A stretch of 64,000 bases of DNA, taken from NCBI RefSeq assembly GCF_000181795.1, contig NW_003526941.1, positions 10,875,751-10,939,750 on the forward strand, given 5' to 3'. Made by a program: the position numbers and the translations under genes. The notes below the pieces were generated by a model. The model saw nothing but the letters and a program-made list of their open reading frames with translations, searched no databases and was not told the origin of the DNA. Origin of the DNA: Trichinella spiralis (Eukaryota). The first letter of the stretch is position 1; each line of letters starts with the position of its first letter. Shown here piece after piece: positions 1 to 12,215 of this stretch.

Positions 1-47
1 TTGTTTTCGTGTTACGGTTAATAAATTGCCTTAATTTAAAGGGTCCA

Positions 48-330
48 ATTAAAAAAATATTTACAAACTCCCCTTGTGTATTTGCATTGTTTTGTTATAC
101 ATCCCTAATTATTTATCAAAAAAAACTCACTGCTGAAAATATGTTACGAGTGACGTCATTTATTCTAATTAAAAAATAATACAACTCATTTTTGTATTTA
201 CATTGTATGCTAAACATCCTAATTATGTTTTCAAAAACTCATTGCTGAAATATGTCGTTACGAGTGACGTCATTTAACCTAATTAAAAATTTAAAAAATA
301 CTCTCAGCATTGCATTTACGTTGCATTTTA
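48..330. repeat. Degenerate ~114-bp tandem direct repeat (2 copies plus a partial third)
   Basis: The block aaaactca(c/t)tgctgaaa...gttacgagtgacgtcattta..ctaattaaaaa occurs twice. Its palindromic core TGACGTCA lies at 151-158 and 265-272. Confidence 0.8.
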
Positions 331-1071
331 ATTCTTCTAATTAGCATATTAAAATTAATCTCATGCTTAGTACATTGCTTTCCTACATGTTACGGATTAA
401 TAAAAAGTCTATTTATAGAAGATTAATTCCTATTTAAAAAGAGTTTAAACACTTGTTGCACCTTGCCTAAGCTCATTGTTTATTTCATTTATTCCAAGTT
501 TACGATTATCTTTACATAATTAAAAAAGACCCCAATTATCATGTTTCATCAATAATTAATGAATATATTTATGTTAATTTAATGTTTACCATATTACATC
601 CCTTTTAATTCTTTATATTACATTGTTTTAAAATAGAAAATTGCTTTTATATTACATTGTTTTAAGAAAAAAACTGCTTTTTCACTAAAGGATATTATCA
701 GCTTAAAGTTAATAAATAAAAAAAATACATTTTATAAGAAAGATTAAATGTAAATGAAAAACGGATTAAACTTATCTAATTTAACAATCATTACATTTGT
801 CCAATTATTTGGTGAATGAAAATTATATTTTATTTAACATTTAAATTTTTTACGGAATAAATTTATGTATAAATGTTTAACAAATGTAAACTATTTAACA
901 CGTTTATAAGGAAAATATAGGTGGAAATTAATTTTAACTTTATCGTGCCTAAACTGATGAAAGGTGCAACGCCAAATAAACTAGTTAAAGGTGTGACGGC
1001 AAATCAGATGCCAATCATTGGCATAGAGACAGAGCCAGGTAATAATATTACAAACACATAACAACGCTTAC

Positions 1072-1933
1072 CTCTGGATTGGAGCCGAAACAGAGTCCCA
1101 GCACTACGTCCACTGTGAATTTGCATATCTGCCTCTAGGGCAGATACGACTTATGAATTCACACAGATGCTGAAATCCCATAGCGGAGTGCAATGCTAGA
1201 GGCTTCACATCTGGGACCATTCCTTTACGAAATGGACAGAGTCATCTCTTGAAAGTCGATCCAGCCAGCACGGGAACTTGTGCAATGAGACTCAGCCGTG
1301 GGGGCCCCCGTTCAAGGGCAGGGGAGCGAGGGGCGGCGCAGGGGCAGTTGAGCTAGGCTTGACCTTGTTTCCAAGGCGGCAGGCCTCTGGTACCGCAACC
1401 GGGTGAGGAAGAGGTGAGCTGTGAAAATATGGACTTCATCATTTGAGACGGTTAGGGTCGCGTCGTGCAGTGTAACCCATCGAACTCCTGCACACCACCC
1501 TATCTCACATTCCTCCTATCCTTGCACTGCTATTCTCAAACATTTACTTATTCTAATACTCAAAACTATAGCAGTGCTACCAACTCACTATGCTCAAAAA
1601 TTGTCCTTTGAAATGGTCGACAAATTATTCAACCATTTTCTCTTTCCGCAAATGAACCCTAAACTCAACTCGACAAGGCATGGGACGTGAAAACGTTCAA
1701 ATGCGAAAAGCCACTCAAATTAATTATAATAATACTCATGATCTACATCCAGTTACTCTAATTAACAAATATCTGAATTAAATGCTCGATAACTTACAGC
1801 TCGAGTTTATATAAATTATAGACTCAAGAACTCCTCAGTGAAGTTTACCTAATTAACCTAACTCAACAAATTATACTTACCCAACTTACCCTCGTCTTCC
1901 GGACGTTCGCGTCCATCTTCTTTTCTTCTGTTT
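1072..1933 (-). other. Putative spliced minus-strand transcript or repeat-derived pseudo-exons (1933-1890 and 1418-1072)
   Basis: The GC-rich island 1072-1418 is bounded on the minus strand by ttttcacag| and GAG|gtaagc. A second small exon is bounded by tatttag| and GAGG|gtaag. Joined from ATG 1916 they give only MDANVRKTRLTSSSPGCGTRGLPPWKQGQA*. Confidence 0.4.
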
Positions 1934-2734
1934 CTAAATATAGAAGAATTAGTTCAATGAAATAATGCTATAATAAATAAAAAACAAAGCCGTTTTTATT
2001 GCTATTCTTCGTCCGTCATCGCATTGAAAACGCCATTGTTCATTCGCCGCACATCGATCGCCTACAATTATTTCAAATAAATTTCAAGAGTCACGAAAAA
2101 ATTTGCATAACGTTCATTTCTACTAATTAACAAGTATCAAACGTATTGTTCATTTCGTTAAGCAAACATTATTCAGGTCACATAAGCTGAAAAGCAAACA
2201 AATTGCAGTTGCACGCAAATTTGCATTCAAACTAGACAACGCCTATGTTTGAAAAAATAACATTCTTCTTTCTCTAAAAGCATATCTTACTTTGTACTTA
2301 ACGATTTAATAAATTGAGCAAATGCCGTTCACCGCTGCCGTTAGTCAACAAAGTCAATTTAACTGGCCCACTGTTAATATGAAGGCAATTTTCAGACCAC
2401 CCATATTTGCATAAAAGTCAGATATTGCGCGCGTAGCGCTGAAAAGCGTTTTACGTGCGCTGAATAAGCTACTCAAAAATGAACTGGAACACAATACGAA
2501 AAATGAAGGTTTGAAATGATTTGAAAAAATATTCAGATGCACTGCCACATTCAACCAATAAAAACTACCTGAAAAATTCAAAACTGACCTTGACGTTTTA
2601 CAATTTCAGTCAAAATATAAAACTATCTGACAAAAAAACCGACCTTAAACCAAAAACGTTTGACTTTTGCCCAAAACACCGCCCCTCCAGCATTTTCTGC
2701 GAATTTGGAGATTTGGAAACATTTCAAAAAATGG

Positions 2735-2744
2735 NNNNNNNNNN
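2735..2744. other. Assembly gap (10 N)
   Basis: Run of n characters. Confidence 1.
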
Positions 2745-5083
2745 CACAATAACAAACCAACAGTGAATACGAGCATGCGAACGTTTCCACCCCCCAACTG
2801 CAATAAAATATTATTAATATTTATTATTTGTGCTGCATATTATTCTCGCCATTTACTGTTTCTTCTTAATAAATTTCTGTGGAATTTCACAACAGTTTCC
2901 GATAATACTTTTTTTGTGGAAAAAAATGAAAATTTTAAAACTGAAAATTCGAAAGGTTCGAACAAAAATTTAAATATATGCTGCTGATTAATGTTTTGTT
3001 TAAAATTTGGGAAAATTTCTATCAAGAAATATCAGCACACAAGGGAAATTTTGTTGTCTCAATATTAGATCATATTTATACCAAATAATATAACTGAGAT
3101 AAGCAACTTGAAAATGAATAAGCGCATTTTTTTCTAAAAACTATTGCACACTTTCTTAGCTCTGTATTACTCTTCAATTTTGTCTGTAACCACGCAAGTG
3201 AACGAACGTATAACACTCGAATAAAAATTTGCATGCATTTTCTGGTAAACAACTCTTACTATGCCTGCTGTTCATTAGGTCCAGAAAAGAAACTTTACGC
3301 AAATGTTAGCCTAAAATCATTGAAACAGCAAACAATCAACAATCAACAACAACAAAATCAGTATATGACTTTCAACTTCACAATATGAAATGTCATGATA
3401 TTCTCCATTTCTAGGTGCTATTAAATTGACGAAAAATGCATGTGAAATGGAATTATATATATAAGTATATGTAATAAGAGTTCAAGCTTGTAATTTGCTT
3501 TAGCTGCAAAGCAAACAATGTCAAGGCCACATTTAAAAATTTGCATGTTAACGAGACGACGCATAAGAGTGATGAAATAATTGGACCCGACATCAAACAG
3601 CTTTTCAACTGAATTCATAATTTTGTTTAATTTTAGTAATATAATTGTCAATATTGGAAACGTCTATCTCATATATTGCTGTTGACATGATTTTACATTT
3701 AAGGATGTGAAAATTATGTTTGCTGAACACAATGAAAATTACGCGCTGTAGTTGTTTAGCAGAATTTTCATGGAAAGTTTATGTATCAGAACTTATCAAA
3801 GAACATTTTAAAATAGTAATGCCCAGTAAACGTTGCTATACAACTTATACGTGATATGTTGATAAATTATGAATGTAACATCAATTCTACTGTTTAATTT
3901 TTAACTAATAACTAGATGAGTTAAAAAAATGCAAATTACCACATTCAGCATTCTCTCGTTGATCTGATTTTATAAATCTTCATTACGATAGTAATAAAAT
4001 GTAGAAAACTTTGAAAAATTATTATAAATAGTGATCACAGACGGGTGTATGATGAAAAGAGAAATATATAAAGAAAAAACATTTCTTATATGAATGACCA
4101 AACTTCCTTGTCTTTGATAAAAATTACGTCAACTAATGTTATGTAATTAAAAATTTTCCACCAATGAAATAAAAAATATTGCAACTAATCAAGAAAGAAT
4201 AATGTGGATCAGACAAGAGAACCAATTGTTTGACGTCATAAGCATGCAATGAGTACTCAATTTCTAACAACCAGTGAAAAAAGGGGCCAATATTATTACC
4301 GGTGAAGACCATCCCAGGCGCAAATTGGCATTGGGAAGAAAACTACGACCTAATGTAATCGGATCCTGATGTTTTATGCAACCTGTGAATAACAGGATAA
4401 CATTTAATCCATTAAATGGTTGGCGTCTATTCCATATATCTGTGAAGTCTTCGGTCGTCAGCTGCCTTCATCATATCATGATGAGCTGGCAATGACACGG
4501 TAAATGATCAGCACAATGACGCCGAAATTACCATAATTAATTGGCCGATTCGGTGGGTCTGATGTACGGATGTGAATATGACTACGAAAATTGGAAATAA
4601 GAAGGACTCTCCACGTCAGGAAATTCAGTCATGTGAACGCACTAATACTCAATCTGGTCTCTCTGTTCAACTGTAATTTTATGTGCGATGTAAACTGAAT
4701 TATCCTGCTTCGCTTCAATCATGTTCGTAGTATTGCTTTCGTTAGAATCAACACACTCCACTAAAAAATCAGATTTTCATTTTAACCTTAAATATTTTTC
4801 TAGAACTACAACGATAACCTGCCGACGCTTAATATTACAGTAATGAAAAATTGCAGCAACTTTAATTTCTCAAACGAAGAAAAGAATTAACATTTCTGTT
4901 AAATAAACTAACAGAAAATAAGAAATATATATATACATTTTTCCATATTTTGATTAATTACAAAGTATTTTTGAGTAGTACTTAATTTTCAGTAACTTAC
5001 TTTTCGAAACTGTAGTGTTATTTCCGACTGTCATTTGGTTGGTTTTCATCGTTGAAATTATTGGAAGATAGTATCAATTTGAA

Positions 5084-5836
5084 ATGGATTCAGCATCAGA
5101 TACACTTTATAATTACGAAATTGCCACGTACTACAAAGAACAGGAAGAATTTTTGAATGATAGCACATTCGGGACACCACTGATCGAACACGCCCGATTT
5201 CAAGCAGTTGTAACAAACTGGAGTACTCCAGATCATTTTCATGTTAATTTTATGATTTTTAAAAGTAAGCAAACCGACATGGATAGAAAAATGGATGTTT
5301 TTTATAATGAAACGAAACATCTACCTAATGTCAATTTTGAATCGATGACCAAAATTAATGCTGTGGGATTGCCGGTCGCAGTGTTGATAAATCAGAAGTG
5401 GACGAGAGGTATAATTACTTGTAAAGTTGACAATTCATTCCGAATTCTTCACGTAGACGTTGGCATTCAAACTATTGAGCAGTTGGACAGAATTCGACCG
5501 TTATACTGCCAATTTGCAGAATTACCACCGTTGGCGTTCAAATGCTATCTTCGAGATTTAAAGCATGGTGTTCTAAATGAATATATAATGCAGAAACTTG
5601 ACAGAGTCATGGTAAAAGACAAAGAATTTGACTGCGAAATTTCTAGTTGGGACAAAATATCGTCATTACCGGTAAAGATGTATGAGCTAGGTAGTTCCGT
5701 AGATGTTATTGATGTGCATTTGTCTTCGTACTTTAAAAAGCAGCAACGTAGATTGGCTCAACGACAAAGAGATCTGGAACAACAGAAACAGCGACAAAAG
5801 TGGTACGTCGAAAGTGAAAGTGACGAATCAATGTGA
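5084..5836 (+). CDS. Single-exon extended Tudor (eTud/Tudor-SN-like) domain protein, 250 aa
   Basis: ATG-to-TGA ORF with the eTud pattern AVVTNWSTPDHFHV...KWTRGII...ILHVDVG...IRPL...FAELPPLAFKCYL. It ends in a Q/R-rich coiled segment and an acidic tail. Confidence 0.85.
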   Translation: MDSASDTLYNYEIATYYKEQEEFLNDSTFGTPLIEHARFQAVVTNWSTPDHFHVNFMIFKSKQTDMDRKMDVFYNETKHLPNVNFESMTKINAVGLPVAVLINQKWTRGIITCKVDNSFRILHVDVGIQTIEQLDRIRPLYCQFAELPPLAFKCYLRDLKHGVLNEYIMQKLDRVMVKDKEFDCEISSWDKISSLPVKMYELGSSVDVIDVHLSSYFKKQQRRLAQRQRDLEQQKQRQKWYVESESDESM

Positions 5837-8800
5837 CCAGAACATGTGCGTTATTTATTTCATTTTTGTTATAAAGCAGCTTTGATCAGTACGATGAAAT
5901 TGTAGCACATAAAGTGCCACTTTAATGTTTTCATTTCATAGTTTGTTTGAATTTATAAGTAAAACTGCCATTTATATATAGCCTCTTCTTGTGTATTAGA
6001 GTTTAATTTGAAAAAACATTCGCTGTTATTATTGTAAAAAAATGGTCGAAAAATTTGTTAATGTTGGCTAATCAGCTATGACCCCAGTACCTGTCAGCTT
6101 CAGCTGCGCCGTAGCTTGAAGCATATATCGCACGTTTATATCATAGTATTCAAAGCTTACATACAGTTTATAATTAATCATTTAGATACGTATAAATATG
6201 AACGTGAACCTCAAATGTAAATGTGAGTGTGTGTGTGTGTGTGTATGCGCGCGAAAATGTGTTTTATATGGTACGGCTAATTTATTACAGTAAAACATGC
6301 TAACTAAAACACCCAAAGCGTACCTGAAAACACGTTCTACAATAAATCATACCCGCAGTGAAATGATGAACCCGTATATATATATTGTGCTATCGTATCA
6401 ATACAGTTAATGCAATTAATCAAATTGGAAAGTGTTCTTCTCCGCATATTTTAAACATAATAGTTATGTTTTAATTTGAACTTACAATTGAAATAACATA
6501 CACTGAAAAATTAACTGCATTTCATGTTTACAATTGGTAAACAATTTGCATAATAGTTGAACCACTGACGTAAAAGAAACAAAATCTAATCTGAAGATAA
6601 GTATATTTTTGAGCAAAAATAAAGAAAGCAGTGATGATCTTCTGCTTGTTCTAAGAATATAATAACAGTTCAACACATCTGTTTCTTGTTGGCACTGTAG
6701 AAAAGGCAACTTATAAATAAGCATAGATTCATCGGAGCTAAAGCATCTGTGTCGAAGTTGGAAATTGCCGTTTGTTCTGATCAAGAGATCTGATAATCAT
6801 CAAGAGCCGTTAATGTGAATAGAAACGAATCCGGCTTGTCTTAATCATCATGTATGCATGTATATTAATGAAAAGATTATTCACAGTTCATGGTGAACTC
6901 ACTTAACTGATGAAAAGATTCAACAATTCCTACTTTTCTCATGGAAATTCCATACTGACTGAGCTTAATCAGTGCTGTATACGAGCTGCGAAATTAATAA
7001 TGCGGCAAGAATTAGCAACGGAATTCTACGCAAAGTAAACAATTCGTTTTCTAATCAGTTTCATCATAAAGCAATGATTACTCAATCACGTCAGAGAAGA
7101 AGTAAAGCTAAGCTATGGTCAAAGCGGAATTTTAATGCTTATTCTCTTTTGTCAAATTAACATGTTCAACCGACTTTTCAGAACAATTGTATAAATTAAC
7201 ACGAAATTATTCTTATGAATTCCATTACTTTAGCTATGCAGTACTTATCGTTGTGTTACAATTCATAATTTACATATAAAAGTATTTTCAAGCACTTTCT
7301 AAAACACAAATATCTTCTTTGAAATGGGTAAGCGATCATTTTATGATCCGAAATTGAAAGCTGAGAAAAACGCGACCGACATAGCATTATCGAAATTGTC
7401 CAGAAATGGTTTTTGTGCTTTGAAAATGTACTAATAAATTGAAATATGAATTTCACTTACCGAAGCAAAACAAAAGTTCAGCATACTTTAATATTCTTCA
7501 AATTTAGTCATTTTCATAGTAAATGAAAATTGATGGATTTCTTGATTGATCTGTGTAACAGCGAACAACATATTCGTCATGTGAACTTTGCATAAAAAAA
7601 TCAGAGTTTAAGAAAAGCTGAAAAGGACTAATATTATATTCAAAAATACTGTACAGTATAGGGCATTCAGTTTTCAGGTTCAATTTCTTCTTGATTTGCT
7701 TCTTGCGGTGAGAAGCTTTTTTATCCTTTTGCATGAATTGTTGCAGAACGATTCATATGTTTTTTTCCATTGTAAATCTGTCCATTGAACACTTATTGGT
7801 TGATTTACTTGTGCCAACATGTGTTTGCCATCATGATGATGTTAGATGTGGTAAGTACACTTGCTGATAAGTTCATTTTTTGGACAACAGTTGCATACAA
7901 AGTTCAAACGTGCTTCAATTATGCTTCAAAATTTAAAAATTGTGCAACGATATATTGTGTGCAACTTTGCAAAAGCTGCACATTGATAATTGATTGTGAT
8001 GTTAAATTTTTTGAATAGTATGCTGGCAAAGTTTTTCAACAATTACATACCTAATAGCAGCAGCTCGCAGCTTTTGGTCACTCAGTGCTTGTCATAGGTC
8101 ATCGCAAAAATCGTTTGTTTACAGTGAAAAAATTCCAGTGCTCAACGAAAGGGTAACCTTAACACTGAAAATTTATTCGAAATATTTGAAATGTATCTAA
8201 AAACGTGTAAAAAGATTTCAGAAACACAAAAAATAAGAAAAAACTGCACACATTGTTTAAATTTTGTTGATAGCTGCCAGCAAATTCAGAAATACATGCA
8301 ACATATTTCATGCAGTTCCACGAAAATTTATTATCAAACCGTTAAATAATTTTTTACCTATATTAAAAGTAAACAATTCAAAAAAATTTCACAATGCTTT
8401 TTATCTATCTATCTATCTATCTTTATCCAAAGAGTTATCATTGACAAAACATGCATTGAAACCAAAAAGAACAAACATGATTCACACAGGATCAGATAGA
8501 TATCAACGGAACAGAATGAATGATCGGTTTTATAATTGAACACTTGCTTATTCATTGGCTCTGATTCATTTGATGGCAAATAAATTTTCCACATCAGTTA
8601 TTGGACTTGCTATTTATTAAATGATCAATAATAAAATACCAAGATATGCAATTTTTTTCGATAATAACGAAATGAGATGGAAGAGTTATTTGGAATATTT
8701 TCTAATAAAGTATGTCGAGTACAAAAAAGCACTAAGGCAGAATTAAGTAATAAAGTCAGCAATGGAATAAAGATTTAGATAATTAATATGCTACAAAAAC

Positions 8801-9292
8801 CAGTGTTATAAGACAAAAAAATATTCACCAAGAAAATTGATCAGAAAAATACTTCTAAACTGAGCTGCTGTGTTGGCTATATTTGTGAATCAAACCCAAC
8901 TGTATGAGTGAAACTGTTCATTCAATTAATTACTTGAGCTTTTAAAACAGTAAAACCAAAGATTATTGTTCGAATAATTTTTACAATTGTTTAATAAAAC
9001 ATTTAGTTTATGTTTGAATGAATCGAATTTTTAAAAGTTGATTAGAAAATTTTATTTACAAATTCTCACTCATTGCAGAAATAGTGTGTGTACAACAAAG
9101 CGGAGAACAAGCACAAAACTTACCGCCTTTTTATCTATTCAGACAGTTGAGAAGTGATACAGTTCAAATACTGGGAAGTAAGCTAGATATTCATAAAATA
9201 TTAAATAATGGAAAAAAAAGTTCCATAATCAATAATAATAATAGCAAGATTGAGTTGTTTTTCTAAATTTTACCAGATGATGATGATGATGA

Positions 9293-10054
9293 TCAAGAAA
9301 TGAACTTTTCATGCCCAGAATAGGAAAAGGTGTGGTGTTTCAGCTGGTTGAGATTCATGCTTTGGTGTTTTGATTGACTTGCAACCGGTGTTTCAATCAA
9401 ATTACAGTTCGCAGTGTACACCAAGCTGGTCAATTTAGTCGGTTCCAAATATGGGTTCATTTTCGATTGACCATTAAGCTGATGAGCGTCATTGGAAAAT
9501 TGGTCTGGCATTGTCGCGAGCCAGTAAGCTTCCCAACGCAACGGATCGTTGGTAATTCTGCCGGTCGCTCTGAGTTCTTCAACAATTTGCATAGCAACTG
9601 GCCGTTTGCCCAACTTGGGCGGAAGTACACGCCCTTCGACAGTCTTGGCAATGCAGTGCAACCAGCTTCTCAAATCCGACTCGCTGGTAGCCGCCAACCA
9701 ATGCACGTGCACATTCCTGCCGACTGTTGGAATGGCGATCAGGCAATTTTCATCGAATCTATCACCATAACCACGTCGGCTGAAATTCGACGGCTGATAT
9801 TTGCGACAAGCAGCACCGAATGCGATCATCAAAGCCGACGTTTCCAGCAGTACTTGGAAATGTTCCTTGACGCAGCGACTGTCCTTGTAGACGTAAAGCT
9901 GAGAATCCGCATGCAACACTGCCCAGGCTTCATTCCAAACTTTACGTCCGAAAAATGTCGACGAATAAAGCAGCACCTTGCCTTGTTTGAGAATCATTTT
10001 CGACTGTTCACCACCACCACCAATTCGATACTTGTTCCGCTTATTGGTGGACAT
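9293..10054 (-). CDS. PH-domain protein (PLEKHB/evectin-like N-terminal PH), intronless CDS
   Basis: The first ATG is at 10054, following ttttttcagcag. PH motifs include ILKQGKV...KVWNEAWAVLHADSQLYVYKD and the terminal helix HWLAATSESDLRSWLHCI. Confidence 0.8.
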   Translation of the reverse strand: MSTNKRNKYRIGGGGEQSKMILKQGKVLLYSSTFFGRKVWNEAWAVLHADSQLYVYKDSRCVKEHFQVLLETSALMIAFGAACRKYQPSNFSRRGYGDRFDENCLIAIPTVGRNVHVHWLAATSESDLRSWLHCIAKTVEGRVLPPKLGKRPVAMQIVEELRATGRITNDPLRWEAYWLATMPDQFSNDAHQLNGQSKMNPYLEPTKLTSLVYTANCNLIETPVASQSKHQSMNLNQLKHHTFSYSGHEKFIS

Positions 10055-12215
10055 TGTTTTCTGCTGAAAAAATTCCCTTTGAACAATACCAACCAACCAA
10101 CGTTGCTATGTTGGAAATGGCTTAAAAAAAGTGACTAATGGGGACAATTTCGCTTGCCTACATAACATACACACTCCAACCACGGCGTTTCTTCTGCTCG
10201 TTCAACCTGATCAATGATGATGACGTGGCAAAGCAAACAAAGCACCGCCAGACAAACGTTCCAATGTTGACCAACACCAACACTATTGCAAAAGTTGATT
10301 CACCAACTGACCTTGCCACCTCTGCTTCTCAAGCCAAAAATGAAATGCCGCCAATGAATTGAAATGGTCGAACAACTAACTAACTAACTAACTCACTGTC
10401 CATCAAGAAAAGCTTAATGTGAAGCATTTTGCTGGTCATCGACCTCGACCCAACAACTCTAACATCTTCTAATCCAGTCCAAAAATCACTGACCCAAAAT
10501 TTCCACATGTGAAAAGCTTATGCATGGCGCAATTTTACCAGCTTTTGTTTGCATTTCAGTTGTGTCGTGTCTACCATCGAAAAACCATCATCACCATATA
10601 TCAATGAATCAATCAGATACTATCATTGAATGCAGTATGCACATGAAAAGAATTTCTTTTTTTCACTTTTCATTTTATCGAACTCATCATCAATCAGATA
10701 AACATCTATCTACTAACCAGTAAGTACATTATTGAAATAATATCAAAGTCATCATCAAGCAAATGATCACCTTTTGTTGCTATTGATGCTCAACAATGAC
10801 TCATGTTTATTAATGTGTAATTGGAAATCAATGTACGCCCATCAATTTGGTTGTTGCTTTTTTTCCATTGTCCGCTTTAGAAATTACACCAATAGATGAG
10901 TTCAATATCGGATATTATTCATTAATCTATCTATCTATCTGTGCTGCATTATTCACTGTGATGATGAAACGTTCATCGTTACTGTGACGTAATCCAATAA
11001 GTAGAAGAGGAACAATAAAAGTTACTGGGTAAAAATGCCAAATCATGAATGAATCAACTTATTATTGTTCAACAAAAACCCTTTCATCACATACATATGT
11101 GAAATAATCGGCCAATTTGAAAATAAAAAAAACCAACAGCCAATCTAGTATTAGCATCACAACAATGGAATTTTTTTCATCATTACTATTCTAATTCTAG
11201 TTGCTGGTAGCATAGTATTTCACTTTTTGTAAATAAACAAATCATTTCGACGATGTAATGAACATATGCATTCAACGACCTGTGCTTAATCTGCAAAGCA
11301 TTAAATTTTTATAAAAAATCTCAGAGCCTATTCATTTTGCAGTTGACACGTTTCTCAGGATTTTATTCAAAAAGAAAAAAAAAGAAAGAAGCTATTTTAA
11401 GGAGTGCCCAAATAATATTGATCATAAAAAAATGAAATCTAATTTTGTTTGTTAGTTTGTTTCTTTTTTTCCTACTATTTGTTTGATCTTGGGCTTTTGT
11501 CATCGATGAAAGAAATACATTTTGAAAGCAACTTTTGTTAGTATGCAGTAAAAAGTTTTGCAATTTGCACTTTGCAATAACTAACTATTACATCGCTACT
11601 ATTGAAAATTCAGGCTATTTGTTCAACTTGTTTATGCTAATGTGTTCTCGTTTCCAACTGAGTTGTCATTTTTTATAAAATTATTCCAATTAAATTCTTT
11701 AAACTCATATTTAAATATATATAACTACCAGAACTAATTTACAATGAACTTACCAAATGGCAGATGAAAAATGTTTTTCAAAAAATCACCAACATGATTT
11801 TGCTTCATTTTACTGACGAGTTAAAACCTGAAAATTAGAAAGATTTTTTTACAATTTCCACATGCATAACAAGTTCAAAAAGTTCAAAAAATAAATAATT
11901 ACCTGATATAAATATTGCTGCAATTGAGTTGCACGTAGTACTGCAAAAAGAAAAAAAATCAGCAGTGAAAATTTATCGTTGATTTACAAAAAAAGGTGAA
12001 CAGAACGATGATTTATTGAACGTAAACTTACGTATATATATGTATATAAATAGAAAAATGCTAATTCTGTTTTAAAAAAGTCAATTGGAACGAAAATACC
12101 AAAGACAGCATATAATATACATGCATGAATTTATAAAAATTCCAATTAATGTGTAGCGTAAAAAAATATCGCTCCAATTGTAATGATGAAGCATGAAGGA
12201 AAATCAATCTGCTGT

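Noticed and set aside
4478..4562. ATGATGA ... CTGA spaced like a C/D-box snoRNA
   Set aside because: There is no convincing terminal stem and no rRNA-antisense guide I can recognise. ATGATGA is frequent in this AT-rich DNA.
4200..4650. Moderately GC-richer patch, possible decayed transposon
   Set aside because: No ORF, transposase or RT motif, terminal repeats or target-site duplication is visible.
9374..10138. 254-aa + strand ORF
   Set aside because: It is the antisense shadow of the PH-domain gene, with a non-ATG start and no recognisable domain.
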